From contig CAUTUX010000007.1 of the NCBI GenBank assembly GCA_963542015.1, forward strand, positions 3,339 through 67,338: a DNA stretch of 64,000 bases. The letters are read 5' to 3'. Both the position numbers and the translations under genes were made by a program. Positions within the stretch are counted from its first letter, which is position 1, and each line of letters starts with the position of its first letter. The notes under the pieces were generated by a model. That model saw only the letters and a list, made by a program, of their open reading frames with translations. It did not search any database and was not told where the DNA came from. Source of the DNA: an uncultured Clostridia bacterium (GTDB lineage Bacteria; Bacillota; Clostridia; Christensenellales; CAG-917). Of the stretch, positions 1 to 10,026 are shown piece after piece.

Positions 1-533
1 TCATCTATATATTTCTTTATATTTTCAAAAAAATTCTTTTTGATTGTTGTTTGAAAAAATACTGCCGATTTTGCAGTAAAATCAATTTCTTCAGGATTTT
101 CAATAACTGCTACTTGTCTAATTTTATTGTTCGCATGTGAGGCTAAAGCTATTACTTCATCATGTTTTTTATTACCAAAAATGTAAATATTCCTATTTGG
201 CTCAACAGCATCAATTAATTTATGAATCCTATTTACTACATTGCAAATGCCATCAACATAATTTATCTTATTTTCTTTTAATTTTAAAGTAATTTCTTCA
301 GGTGTGCCGTGAGCTTTTAATACTAAAATTTCATCTTGTTTTAGTAATAATGCTTGTTCTAAATTAATTGATTTTATTCCAGCTTCATTAAGTTCTTCAA
401 CTGCTTTTTCGTTATGAATTATATTTCCTAAAGTATATACATTTCTATATTTTTGTTTTAAGGCTGTGGCAATTTCTATAGCTGCTTTGACCCCATTACA
501 AAACCCAAGTTGATCAGCTAAAACAATTTTCAC
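1..533 (-). CDS. ispH: 4-hydroxy-3-methylbut-2-enyl diphosphate reductase (IspH/LytB), 5' part only; gene continues past the window start
   Basis: Own translation of the minus strand from GTG at 533..531: VKIVLADQLGFCNGVKAAIEIATALKQKYRNVYTLGNIIHNEKAVEELNEAG... This is the conserved IspH N-terminus (GFCxGVxxAI). The GTG overlaps the plsC stop (GTGA). Absent from the ORF track because it runs off the edge. Confidence 0.8.
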   Translation of the reverse strand, partial: MKIVLADQLGFCNGVKAAIEIATALKQKYRNVYTLGNIIHNEKAVEELNEAGIKSINLEQALLLKQDEILVLKAHGTPEEITLKLKENKINYVDGICNVVNRIHKLIDAVEPNRNIYIFGNKKHDEVIALASHANNKIRQVAVIENPEEIDFTAKSAVFFQTTIKKNFFENIKKYID

Positions 534-1162
534 TTTTTCTTTTTACCTTTCAATCCAGCCACATATTCATAACATTTTTCTTGCGTAGCCTTCATTTCAT
601 TGAAAATTTTTTCGGTAGCTTCTGTATATACTTCTCTGTCTTTTCTGTCGTAATATTCCGTTAATTCAAATGGTTCACCGATATATGCGTAATTCTTCTT
701 GCAAATTTTAGGGCATTTATACAATATTATAGGAATGATAGGTGTTTTTGTTTTTAAAGAGAACATTGAAACACCATCTTTAAATTCTTGAATTTCATCG
801 GTGCCAGTTTTATTTCTTGTGCCTTCTGGAAAAATTAGAATTTTTTTATTGTTTTTTAATACACGCAAAACACCCTTTATTGCGGAGAGATCGGCATCAC
901 CTCTGCTTATCGGAATTCCACCACATTTTCTTAAAAACCAATTTGAAAATTTGCTTTCAGCAAATGCTTCTTTTTTAATCAATACATGTAATTCTTTCTT
1001 GAAAATTTTTGCCATTATTATTCCATCAAGTTTTGAATAATGGTTACAAATAACTACGGCACCTTCACATTTATCCATATTTTCTTTATTAATAAATTTT
1101 GTGGGCCAGAATATTCTTACAAATGGCAATCCAAAGAAACGAACAAATCTATATAAACTCAT
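530..1162 (-). CDS. plsC: 1-acyl-sn-glycerol-3-phosphate acyltransferase
   Basis: 210 aa. Acyltransferase motifs NHYSKLD (HX4D) and FPEGTR. ATGA overlap with the cmk stop. Confidence 0.85.
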   Translation of the reverse strand: MSLYRFVRFFGLPFVRIFWPTKFINKENMDKCEGAVVICNHYSKLDGIIMAKIFKKELHVLIKKEAFAESKFSNWFLRKCGGIPISRGDADLSAIKGVLRVLKNNKKILIFPEGTRNKTGTDEIQEFKDGVSMFSLKTKTPIIPIILYKCPKICKKNYAYIGEPFELTEYYDRKDREVYTEATEKIFNEMKATQEKCYEYVAGLKGKKKK

Positions 1163-1815
1163 TTATTAATTTCCTTTTCTATAAGACCTAAAACTTCATT
1201 TATACTGTATCCCGTTGTATCGATTTCTATTGCGTCATCAGCTTTTTTTAAAGGAGCAAATGCACGATGTGAATCGTTATAGTCTCTTTGATTAATATCA
1301 GCAAGTACAGCGTTGTACTCTATATCAAGACCTTTTTCTTTCATTTCTTTACATCTTCTTTTGGCTCTCTCTTCTGGACTTGCTGTCAAATAAAATTTAA
1401 ATTTCGCATTTGGAAGCACATAAGTGCCTATGTCTCTACCATCTAACACCACCGAATTATTTTCAGCAAATTCTCTCTGTATTGAAACTAATTTAATTCT
1501 TACATCTTTATGCTTTGAAACATCACTTGCTAGTTTTGATACTTCATAATTTCTTATAAATGGTGTTGTATCAATTCCATTAACAATTACATGTTGAACC
1601 TCATTATCAAACTGAATTTGCATTTGAATATCGTCAAGTTTTTTTATAACTGCTTTTTCGTCGTTCACATCTATTTTCTCAATATTTAAAAAGTATCCTA
1701 CTGCTCTGTACATAGCTCCAGTATCTAAATAAGGAATATTATATTTCTTTGAAATCAGCTTCGCTACAGTGCTTTTACCTGATCCAGCAGGTCCGTCTAT
1801 TGCAATTACTAACAT
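1159..1815 (-). CDS. cmk: cytidylate kinase
   Basis: 218 aa. P-loop IAIDGPAGSGKST and typical Cmk layout. cmk-plsC-ispH order is common in Firmicutes. Confidence 0.95.
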   Translation of the reverse strand: MLVIAIDGPAGSGKSTVAKLISKKYNIPYLDTGAMYRAVGYFLNIEKIDVNDEKAVIKKLDDIQMQIQFDNEVQHVIVNGIDTTPFIRNYEVSKLASDVSKHKDVRIKLVSIQREFAENNSVVLDGRDIGTYVLPNAKFKFYLTASPEERAKRRCKEMKEKGLDIEYNAVLADINQRDYNDSHRAFAPLKKADDAIEIDTTGYSINEVLGLIEKEINK

Positions 1816-1827
1816 TTTTTCTCCTAG

Positions 1828-3024
1828 CTATTTTTTAATTATATCATCATATGCTTTTAATGCACTAGAAAATGCAATTTGTAGATTATATCCTCCAGTT
1901 AATGCATCTATATCTACTACTTCGCCTATAAAATATAAATTTTTATGCATTTTACTTTCAAAAGTTGGCAATAAATCATTTAAGTCTATACCACCCGAAG
2001 TTATAACTCCCTGATCGTTTCCAGCAAATTTTTTAAAGTGAAATTTTAAATTTTTAATATTTTTAATCAATTCTTTTCTTTCTTGTTTCGTGACGGAATT
2101 AACTTTTCTAGATGGTTCAATTGAAGATTTCTCCAATACATAATCGCTTATTCTTTCTATTAATAAGCCTCGAATACCATTTTGAATCTCTTGATTCTTT
2201 CTATTATCAAAATCAGATAATATTCTTTTTTCAAGAACAGAATTATTAAGAGCTGGCTTTAAATCAAGTAGAATCTCAAAATTTTTTTCTCTGTTTAAAT
2301 AGGCAGATAAAGTTAAAATTATTGGTCCCGACATTCCATGTTTTGTAAAGAGCATCTCTCCAAAATCAGAAAATATTATTTTGTAATTCTTTATTGCTGT
2401 AACCCGTACATTTTTTAATGAAATACCTTCAAGTGAAGATACATCTTCAACAACTTCAAGAGGAACCAATGAGGCACAAGGAGTAATGGTATTAATATTA
2501 TATCCTTTTGCTAATTTGTACCCAGAACCATCGCTTCCAGTTTTTGGATAACTAATCCCACCCGTACAAATTACTACAATGTCAACTGGCACTCTATCTT
2601 TATCCGTATCTATTATATAATTGCCAGTTATTTTAACTACTTTTTCATTCAGTCTCAAGGTTGTTTTTTTTAACTGTTTGACAAGTGTATCTACAACATC
2701 TGAAGATTTATCACTTTCTGGAAAAACCCTATTGCCTCTTTCAATTTTTAACTTAAGACCAAGATTTGAAAAATATTCAAAAACAAACTTAGGAGTATAT
2801 TTGTAAATAGATGATTTAAAAAAATTTTTCCCTCTAACTACATTATTTAAAAACTCTTCTGGATCAGTGTAATTTAATAAATTACATCTACCCTTTCCTG
2901 TTATCAGCAACTTGCGACCAAGTTTGTTATTCCTCTCAAAAAGGATAACTTCATGATTACTTTTTTCTAACAGTGTTGCTAAAAACAATCCCGACGCACC
3001 ACCGCCGATAATTCCAACTTTCAT
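1828..3024 (-). CDS. NAD(P)/FAD-dependent oxidoreductase, HI0933/BaiN family
   Basis: 398 aa. N-terminal dinucleotide fold VGIIGGGASGLFLA, GKGRCN motif, C-terminal GEVVDIDALTGGYNLQ typical of the HI0933-like family. Confidence 0.8.
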   Translation of the reverse strand: MKVGIIGGGASGLFLATLLEKSNHEVILFERNNKLGRKLLITGKGRCNLLNYTDPEEFLNNVVRGKNFFKSSIYKYTPKFVFEYFSNLGLKLKIERGNRVFPESDKSSDVVDTLVKQLKKTTLRLNEKVVKITGNYIIDTDKDRVPVDIVVICTGGISYPKTGSDGSGYKLAKGYNINTITPCASLVPLEVVEDVSSLEGISLKNVRVTAIKNYKIIFSDFGEMLFTKHGMSGPIILTLSAYLNREKNFEILLDLKPALNNSVLEKRILSDFDNRKNQEIQNGIRGLLIERISDYVLEKSSIEPSRKVNSVTKQERKELIKNIKNLKFHFKKFAGNDQGVITSGGIDLNDLLPTFESKMHKNLYFIGEVVDIDALTGGYNLQIAFSSALKAYDDIIKK

Positions 3025-3025
3025 C

Positions 3026-3781
3026 TTAGGCTTTTAACTCAAATGTTTCTGTGGACATTCCCTTAATTTTTTCAAAATCATTAGACAATATTTTAATCGG
3101 TGTAATGGTAATGTATCCTAAGGCAATTTGTGTTTCGTCAGTGTTTGCGTCATAGTTTTTAATTGGCAATGGATTACCGACTGAAATGTGTTTGCCATCA
3201 GGATTTGTTACAAAAATTTCTTCATACTGACGACGAGCAATTTCACACACTTTCACACCTTTTATATCTTTAAAAGGTACATTAGGGAAATTAATGTTTA
3301 ATGTTATTTCACTACTAGCATGCTTAATTAACTTTTCAAAATTATCTGAAACAAATTTTGCAATATCTGCATAATTATTATTTTTATTTTCATTTACAGA
3401 AAGAGCAATACTTTTAACTTTAAGCATCGTGCCTTCTTGTGCTGCACCTACGGTACCTGAGTATAAATAATCTGTACCTATGTTAAGCACATCATTTATT
3501 CCTGAAATTACTGCATCAAATTTTATATCCGAAAATATAACTTTTAGACCAAACATTACACAGTCTGCAGGCGTGCCATCTACTGAATATTTTGGATATG
3601 GTTCATCAGATATTTTTTCATACGAAACGCCATGTAAAAATTTAATGGCATGAGACATGCATGATCTTTGTTTATGAGGTGCAACAACATATACATTAAA
3701 TTTTTTACTCAATTCATCAGCTAATTGAATAATTCCACGGCTTTTAATTCCATCATCATTTGTGATTAAAATATTTGGCAT
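3026..3781 (-). CDS. surE: 5'/3'-nucleotidase SurE
   Basis: 251 aa. N-terminal ILITNDDGI signature and GTPADCV motif. Confidence 0.9.
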   Translation of the reverse strand: MPNILITNDDGIKSRGIIQLADELSKKFNVYVVAPHKQRSCMSHAIKFLHGVSYEKISDEPYPKYSVDGTPADCVMFGLKVIFSDIKFDAVISGINDVLNIGTDYLYSGTVGAAQEGTMLKVKSIALSVNENKNNNYADIAKFVSDNFEKLIKHASSEITLNINFPNVPFKDIKGVKVCEIARRQYEEIFVTNPDGKHISVGNPLPIKNYDANTDETQIALGYITITPIKILSNDFEKIKGMSTETFELKA

Positions 3782-4509
3782 AATTTTCTTAAATATTCTA
3801 CTTCCTTTGAGTTTAAATTTCTATATCCGCCTCTTGCAAGTCCACCCAATTTTAAATCTCCAATAGCTATCCTTTTAAGAAATACGACATTTTTCTCCAC
3901 AGCTTCAAACATGTTCCTTATTTCTCTATTTTTTCCCTCGGTTATTTTAACCTCAAGTCTGGTGAACTTATCTTCATAATCAAGAACTTTGATTTTACAT
4001 GGGGCATATTGAATATCCTTAAATTTAACTCCTTTCCGCACAATCGCTAAATCAGATTCAGATATTTCGCCCTCTATTTTAACGATATATGTCTTTGGAA
4101 TTTCAAATGAAGGATGAGAAAGTGCATGACTTAAATCACCATCATTAGTAAGCAACAAAAGACCTTCACTATCATAATCTAATCTTCCTATAGAAAATAA
4201 TCTTCTATTTGTTTTAATATAATCAAAAATTGTTTTCCTTGTTGTATCTGAACCGTCCTTACTTATTTGCTTTTCTTCGCTAGCCGTACAAATGCAGCCC
4301 TTTGGTTTATAAAACAAAATATAATCATAATGCGTGGGTAAGGATACTTTCTTATTAAACACATAGACAACATCATTATCTACATCAACATCATATCCTA
4401 ACTGAGTAAGGATTTTTTTATTTACAAAAACATTCCCGTTTTGAATTAATTCATCAGCTTTACGCCGTGAGCATACGCCACACTCAGCTAGATATTTGTT
4501 TATTCTCAT
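3766..4509 (-). CDS. rluB: 23S rRNA pseudouridine synthase, RluB/RsuA family
   Basis: 247 aa. S4 domain MRINKYLAECGVCSRRKADELI and catalytic GRLDYDSEGLLLLTNDG. Confidence 0.85.
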   Translation of the reverse strand: MRINKYLAECGVCSRRKADELIQNGNVFVNKKILTQLGYDVDVDNDVVYVFNKKVSLPTHYDYILFYKPKGCICTASEEKQISKDGSDTTRKTIFDYIKTNRRLFSIGRLDYDSEGLLLLTNDGDLSHALSHPSFEIPKTYIVKIEGEISESDLAIVRKGVKFKDIQYAPCKIKVLDYEDKFTRLEVKITEGKNREIRNMFEAVEKNVVFLKRIAIGDLKLGGLARGGYRNLNSKEVEYLRKLCQIF

Positions 4510-5238
4510 TTACTTATATATACCGATGTTATCGCCGTCATTTAAGAAATCAGGAAGTTCATCAGCATTTATTTCCATGTCTTCTTTAATTTCTACTTTC
4601 TTAGATGTCTTTGGCTCAGATTCTTGTTCTCCAGAGGTTTCTACTTCTTCTTCATCTTTCATTGTTTTCTCAACAAATAACTCTTCAGAAATAGGGTTAT
4701 ATATTGCAAATGTTTTTTCTAAAACTTCTTCGTAATCTGGTAAATCTTCAATCTTATTCAAATTAAATTTCTTTAAGAAATTATCAGTTGTACTATACAA
4801 ATATGGCCTACCAACAGCATCTTTTCTTCCACTTATTTCAATTAAATTAAATTTAACTAAAGTTGATACAGCATAATCAGAATCTGCACCACCTCTTATT
4901 TCGTCAATTTCTGCTTTAGTAATTGGCTGTCTGTATGCAATAACTCCAAGAACTTCAAGAACTTTGCTTGTTAAATCTTTTTCTCTTAATTCTGTTAATA
5001 CTTCAGTGACGATATCACCGTACTTTTCATTGCTAGCAAATTGATATTTTTTATTGAATTCTAATAATAGAATACCGTTATCACCAGAATAAGTTTCCTT
5101 TAAACTTGCTATTATTTCTTTTAATTCTGCAAGACTTAACTCTGGTAACTTCTCTAAAATATAACTTTGTGCAATAGGGTTTCCTGCTGCAAAAATAATT
5201 GAAGCAATAACTTGCTTATAATCCCGCATTGACGACAT
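4510..5238 (-). CDS. scpB: segregation and condensation protein B
   Basis: 242 aa. ScpB-like winged-helix N-terminus with an acidic C-terminal tail. Sits directly downstream of scpA. Confidence 0.85.
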   Translation of the reverse strand: MSSMRDYKQVIASIIFAAGNPIAQSYILEKLPELSLAELKEIIASLKETYSGDNGILLLEFNKKYQFASNEKYGDIVTEVLTELREKDLTSKVLEVLGVIAYRQPITKAEIDEIRGGADSDYAVSTLVKFNLIEISGRKDAVGRPYLYSTTDNFLKKFNLNKIEDLPDYEEVLEKTFAIYNPISEELFVEKTMKDEEEVETSGEQESEPKTSKKVEIKEDMEINADELPDFLNDGDNIGIYK

Positions 5239-6100
5239 TTAATTCCTCCTCGTTTACAATTTCTATTATATCGGCATCTGTTGTACCAATTAAATCAATT
5301 TCACCGAACATTTGCTCTTGCATAGTTTCTAAAATGCCAAACTTTGCTAAGCTCAATACTGCAAAAAATGTTGTTACTATATCTCCATTATCAAAATCAT
5401 CTTGTATTAGATCACTGAACTTCATGTATTTTCTTTTAACAATAAGGTCTCTAATTTCAGTTTCTTTATCCTTAGTTGAGAACTTAAGTTTTTTGATTAT
5501 TTTTGGAGTTTCTTTAACTCTATTTACTTCACCATTAACAATCGCATTTGCATATGCTTGAACCAATTTATCAATATCAAAATCTTTAAGCTGAACACGA
5601 TAATCTTTTTCGGAATATTTAGGCTTTGTAACGAATCTATTTATAACTTCCCTTTCTTTTAGTTTTGGAGTTTGCTGTTTGAATATATCGTATAGTTTTA
5701 CTCTATCTATAAAGTCTTGACATTCATCATCAACATATTCTTCTACTTCAGGAATAGTTGTTGCGGCTCTCGCTTTCAAATGAACAAGTTCTGCAGCAGT
5801 CTTTATGAATTCTGACATGTACTCATAATCCAATTGCTCTTTAGGTGTATTCCTTAACGCTTCCATATATTTACTTGTCAATGAAGATACAAATATGTCT
5901 TCAATATTAATCTTCTGATCGTGGATAATCTGAAGAATCATGTCTAACGGACACTCAAAGTCTCCAATTGAATATATGATGTTATTTTGATTATCATTAT
6001 TTTCATTAAAAGCATTTACTTCAGGATCTTGTATATTTTCAATTGTTGTATCCACAGCTACCTCTCTTTCTAAAACCGCAATTTCACTCATTTTAACCAC
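5216..6100 (-). CDS. scpA: segregation and condensation protein A (kleisin)
   Basis: 294 aa. FECPLDMILQIIHDQKINIEDI matches the ScpA N-terminal motif (FxGPLDLLLxLI). Paired with scpB. Confidence 0.85.
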   Translation of the reverse strand: MVKMSEIAVLEREVAVDTTIENIQDPEVNAFNENNDNQNNIIYSIGDFECPLDMILQIIHDQKINIEDIFVSSLTSKYMEALRNTPKEQLDYEYMSEFIKTAAELVHLKARAATTIPEVEEYVDDECQDFIDRVKLYDIFKQQTPKLKEREVINRFVTKPKYSEKDYRVQLKDFDIDKLVQAYANAIVNGEVNRVKETPKIIKKLKFSTKDKETEIRDLIVKRKYMKFSDLIQDDFDNGDIVTTFFAVLSLAKFGILETMQEQMFGEIDLIGTTDADIIEIVNEEELNVVNAGL

Positions 6101-7356
6101 TCTGGCAAAGCATGTAACGACAAAATTTCATCCATACTCTGTCTCCTTACTATTATTTCTTTATTTGATCCATCAATCATTAAGATTGGTGGAACTAAAT
6201 TTAAGTTATAATTTGATGCCATTGAATAGTTGTATGCTCCAGTGGATTCAATAATTATGTGCTCCCCTACATTTACACTTTGCAGTTTTACATCTTCAAC
6301 TATAATGTCACCGCTTTCACAACATTTACCAACTACTGAGACAATTTGATTTTTTTCTTTATCAAAATGCTCAACTGATGAAATAGTATAGTTTGATCCA
6401 TACAATGCGTGTCTCGGACTTTCAAACATTCCACCATCAACTACTATATATTTCTTACCATTTTCAAATGTTTTAATATCACCAATTGTGTATACCGTAT
6501 ACCCAGCATCGGCTATAAGGCTTCTCCCTGGTTCAAAAATTACATTTTGAATTTTTACATTCTTTTCGTTACATTTTTCGTTCAAATGCATCAAAATTTC
6601 TTTTACTGTATTTGTGTATGTTTGATTTGTAATTAAAGGATCAGAAGCAGTATATTTAACTCCAAAGCCACCACCAAGATCTAAAGTATTAACAACTATT
6701 TTTAAATTATTGAGTTCTTTTATAAAATCAACTATTTTGTCAACAGCATCATAATATGGTTCTGAACCAAAAATCTGTGAACCAATATGTATGTGTATAC
6801 CCAAAAAGTTGTGTTTCTCGTTTATTTCTTTAATGATATCAACTGTTTTTGAATTTATTATAAAACCAAACTTTGAATCGGAGGCTGATGTATTTACAGC
6901 CTTATGTGTATGTGCATGAATGCAAGGGTTTATTCGTACCAAAATGTTTTGTTTTGATTTAGCAAGTGAATTTATTTTTGCTAACTCACTTGCATTGTCA
7001 ATAACAAAATAACCCACTTTATTTTTAATCGCATATTCAATCTCTGAAGCCGTTTTATTATTCCCATGAAATATTAAGTTCTCTGCAGAAATTCCAGCTT
7101 TTAACATAACTGCAATTTCACCAGCACTTACAACATCAAACTTATACCCTAAATTACTAAGCATTCTTGCCACGGCAACTGCACATAATGCTTTGTTTGC
7201 ATATGCAAAATCAACATTATATTGAGAAAGTTTTTTTACATCGTTAAATGCTAATGCTCTTTTTTTTAATATCTCAGCATCTACAATATAAAGTGGAGTA
7301 CAGTATTCATTTATTAGATCTAGTATTTTAAACTTTCCAATACAGTTGTCTTTCAT
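6088..7356 (-). CDS. lysA: diaminopimelate decarboxylase
   Basis: 422 aa. PLP-lysine region YANKA plus HIHIGSQ, GGGFG and CESGD motifs of group IV decarboxylases. Confidence 0.9.
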   Translation of the reverse strand: MKDNCIGKFKILDLINEYCTPLYIVDAEILKKRALAFNDVKKLSQYNVDFAYANKALCAVAVARMLSNLGYKFDVVSAGEIAVMLKAGISAENLIFHGNNKTASEIEYAIKNKVGYFVIDNASELAKINSLAKSKQNILVRINPCIHAHTHKAVNTSASDSKFGFIINSKTVDIIKEINEKHNFLGIHIHIGSQIFGSEPYYDAVDKIVDFIKELNNLKIVVNTLDLGGGFGVKYTASDPLITNQTYTNTVKEILMHLNEKCNEKNVKIQNVIFEPGRSLIADAGYTVYTIGDIKTFENGKKYIVVDGGMFESPRHALYGSNYTISSVEHFDKEKNQIVSVVGKCCESGDIIVEDVKLQSVNVGEHIIIESTGAYNYSMASNYNLNLVPPILMIDGSNKEIIVRRQSMDEILSLHALPEWLK

Positions 7357-7361
7357 TATTA

Positions 7362-8132
7362 TTAGAACTCCGTTGCAGTTTCAGGTATTTCAGATTTAAC
7401 ATCTTCATTTTTTAAAACAACTGTTTTTTCTTCTGTATTATCAAGTATCCACTTACCATCTTTATCTTTATATCCATTTTCATGGTATGTAACTTTAACT
7501 TCACCATCTTTAATAACTATTGAATCAATTATCCCATGAATTTGTGCATTTTCTTTGGTATTATTTGTTGCAAATGTGTTTGATTCATCCCCTGGATTTA
7601 AATCATCGGTTACTCTATATTTAAGTTCGTTTGTAGTTTTATCTAATTTATAATTACTCCCCTCTTTTACACCAATTTTAAGAAGCCCTGAAAAGAATGA
7701 TTTGTAGTCAATTAATTCAGGTTCACTTTCATTTTTAATTCTATTAATTTCTTCTTCCTTCTTTGTATATTTCCAATCAAAATTCTCAGTTTTGTTGTTA
7801 TATGTACCAACATACATTCTATTATTTGACTTATCATATATATTTTTAATAAATACATCACCGTCTTTGTTTTCTGATTTATAGAAATCATAATTGTTAA
7901 AATAGCTAGTATACTTACTGTTTACTTGTTTCGCAGAAAAATTCTTAGTATCTAACATCGCCAAAGCGTTCTTAATATCTTCAATTCCCTTATCTGTTAT
8001 CTTCTCTTCCTTTTGCTCTGGAAGTTTTTGAATTTTTTTGTCATCTTTCTTCTTATTACATCCAACAAAAATTGAAAGACATAAAGCAAGTATCGCTACT
8101 AAAAATATATTTAATCCAACTTTCTTTTTCAT
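7362..8132 (-). CDS. lipoprotein of unknown function
   Basis: 256 aa. Signal peptide with lipobox MKKKVGLNIFLVAILALCLSIFVGC, followed by a Lys/Asp/Glu-rich linker. Confidence 0.7.
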   Translation of the reverse strand: MKKKVGLNIFLVAILALCLSIFVGCNKKKDDKKIQKLPEQKEEKITDKGIEDIKNALAMLDTKNFSAKQVNSKYTSYFNNYDFYKSENKDGDVFIKNIYDKSNNRMYVGTYNNKTENFDWKYTKKEEEINRIKNESEPELIDYKSFFSGLLKIGVKEGSNYKLDKTTNELKYRVTDDLNPGDESNTFATNNTKENAQIHGIIDSIVIKDGEVKVTYHENGYKDKDGKWILDNTEEKTVVLKNEDVKSEIPETATEF

Positions 8133-8141
8133 ATTTCTCCC

Positions 8142-9560
8142 TTATTTAATATTTTTATTTTTAATTAAATTTCTAGCCATGTGAACGCCCATACACGATG
8201 CCATCATAAGTCCTCTAGTCCATCCACTACTATCACCCAAACAATATAATCCTTTAATTGAAGTTTTTAGATCCTTATCCATCTTGATTTTATTGCTATA
8301 AAATTTAAGTTCTGGCGAATATAACAATGTTTCATACCCTGCAAATCCAGGAACTATATAATCTACTGCTTTAATAAAGTTGATAATATTCAACATTGCC
8401 CTATACGGCATCCCAGCAGTTATATCACCAGCTACAGCGTCTGGAAGCGTAGGTCTAACATTAGACATAGATAATTCTTTTTGCCATGTTCTCTTTCCTG
8501 ATAAAATATCCCCATATCTTTGAACTAAAATATGTCCCGCTCCCAACATGTTTGTGAGCTCACCTACTTTTCTTGCATATTCTATTGGCTGATTGAATGG
8601 TTCTGTGAAGGAATGTGAACAAAGTATAGCCATATTAGTATTGTTGCTTTTTGTATTCTTATAACTATGACCGTTAACAACAGCAAGATCATTATCGTAA
8701 TTTTCTTGTGAAACAAATCCTCCCGGATTCTGACAGAAAATTCTTACTTTATTTTTAAATGGATCTGGGTAACCAATTAATTTAGATTCATAAAGAATTT
8801 CATTAATTTCATCCATTACTTCATTCCTAACTTCAACTCTTACACCAATATCAACAACTCCAGGTCCATGATCAATACCATGTTCCACACATAGCCTTTC
8901 CAACCAGTCGGCACCTCTTCTACCTGTTGCTATTACTATATGCTCAGCTTCTATTGTCCCGAGATCTTTTCCTCTTGAATCTTGAATGTACACACCTTTA
9001 CATATAGAATTTTCTAGAATAATGTTTGAACATTGAGTATCAAACATTATTTCAACACCATTTGATAATAAATATTTTTCAATACTTAGATAAAGGTCAT
9101 GAGCCAATTCAGTACCCAAATGTCTGATAGGACAATCAATTAACTTAAGACCAGCTTTAATTGCCTTACGTCTAATTTCTTTAACTTTTTCTTCATTGCC
9201 AAGTCCTTCAATATGCTTATCTGCACCGAATTCTAAGTAAATTTTATCAGTATAATTTATGAGATCTTGGACAAAATCACCACCAAGCAAATCTGGTAAT
9301 TCACCGCCAACTTCATACGACAATGAGAGCTTGCCATCTGAAAATGCACCAGCACCAGAAAAGCCTGTCGTTATATGACAGTATGGCTTACAATTTTTAC
9401 ATTGCTTGTTGTTTTTAGGACAAAACCTTTTCTCAATTGACTTGCCTTTTTCAACAATCAATATTTTCATTTTGGATTTAAGTTTTAGTAGTTCTAATGC
9501 GGTAAATATGCCAGCTGGACCAGCTCCGACAATACATACATCAACTTTATTTTTTGTCAT
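8142..9560 (-). CDS. FAD-dependent protein (COG2509-like oxidoreductase)
   Basis: 472 aa. VCIVGAGPAGIF dinucleotide fold and a Cys-rich stretch FCPKNNKQCKNCKPYC. Confidence 0.7.
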   Translation of the reverse strand: MTKNKVDVCIVGAGPAGIFTALELLKLKSKMKILIVEKGKSIEKRFCPKNNKQCKNCKPYCHITTGFSGAGAFSDGKLSLSYEVGGELPDLLGGDFVQDLINYTDKIYLEFGADKHIEGLGNEEKVKEIRRKAIKAGLKLIDCPIRHLGTELAHDLYLSIEKYLLSNGVEIMFDTQCSNIILENSICKGVYIQDSRGKDLGTIEAEHIVIATGRRGADWLERLCVEHGIDHGPGVVDIGVRVEVRNEVMDEINEILYESKLIGYPDPFKNKVRIFCQNPGGFVSQENYDNDLAVVNGHSYKNTKSNNTNMAILCSHSFTEPFNQPIEYARKVGELTNMLGAGHILVQRYGDILSGKRTWQKELSMSNVRPTLPDAVAGDITAGMPYRAMLNIINFIKAVDYIVPGFAGYETLLYSPELKFYSNKIKMDKDLKTSIKGLYCLGDSSGWTRGLMMASCMGVHMARNLIKNKNIK

Positions 9561-10015
9561 TCTTCTTTATCCCTCATGTTAACTTCTTTCACAAAACTTT
9601 CTACATCCTGGAACTGTTTATACACAGATGCATATCTTATATAAGCTACCCCATCTGTCTTTCTTAACCCTTCCATTACAAACTCTCCAATCTGTCTTGA
9701 TTGAATCTCATGCCCATTACATTCGTTTGCGACTTTCTTCTCAATATCTTTAATTAGTTCGTCAATCTTTGATATTGGAATCTTGCACTTCTCACAAGCT
9801 TTCATTATACCAACTCTAACCTTATTTATGTCAAAAACTTGTCTACTTCCATCTGTTTTAACAACATATACTGGCGTGCTTTCAATGGTTTCATATGTGG
9901 TGAATCTTTCCCCACAATTAATACATTCTCTTCTTCTTCTAATTGAGAGACCATCTTCACTTTGGCGTGAATCAAGAACTTTACTCTCCATTGAACCACA
10001 ATTTTTACACTTCAT
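9557..10015 (-). CDS. nrdR: transcriptional repressor NrdR
   Basis: 152 aa. Zinc ribbon MKCKNCGS...CINCGERFTTYE followed by an ATP-cone. Confidence 0.95.
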   Translation of the reverse strand: MKCKNCGSMESKVLDSRQSEDGLSIRRRRECINCGERFTTYETIESTPVYVVKTDGSRQVFDINKVRVGIMKACEKCKIPISKIDELIKDIEKKVANECNGHEIQSRQIGEFVMEGLRKTDGVAYIRYASVYKQFQDVESFVKEVNMRDKEE

Positions 10016-10026
10016 ATTTTACTTCC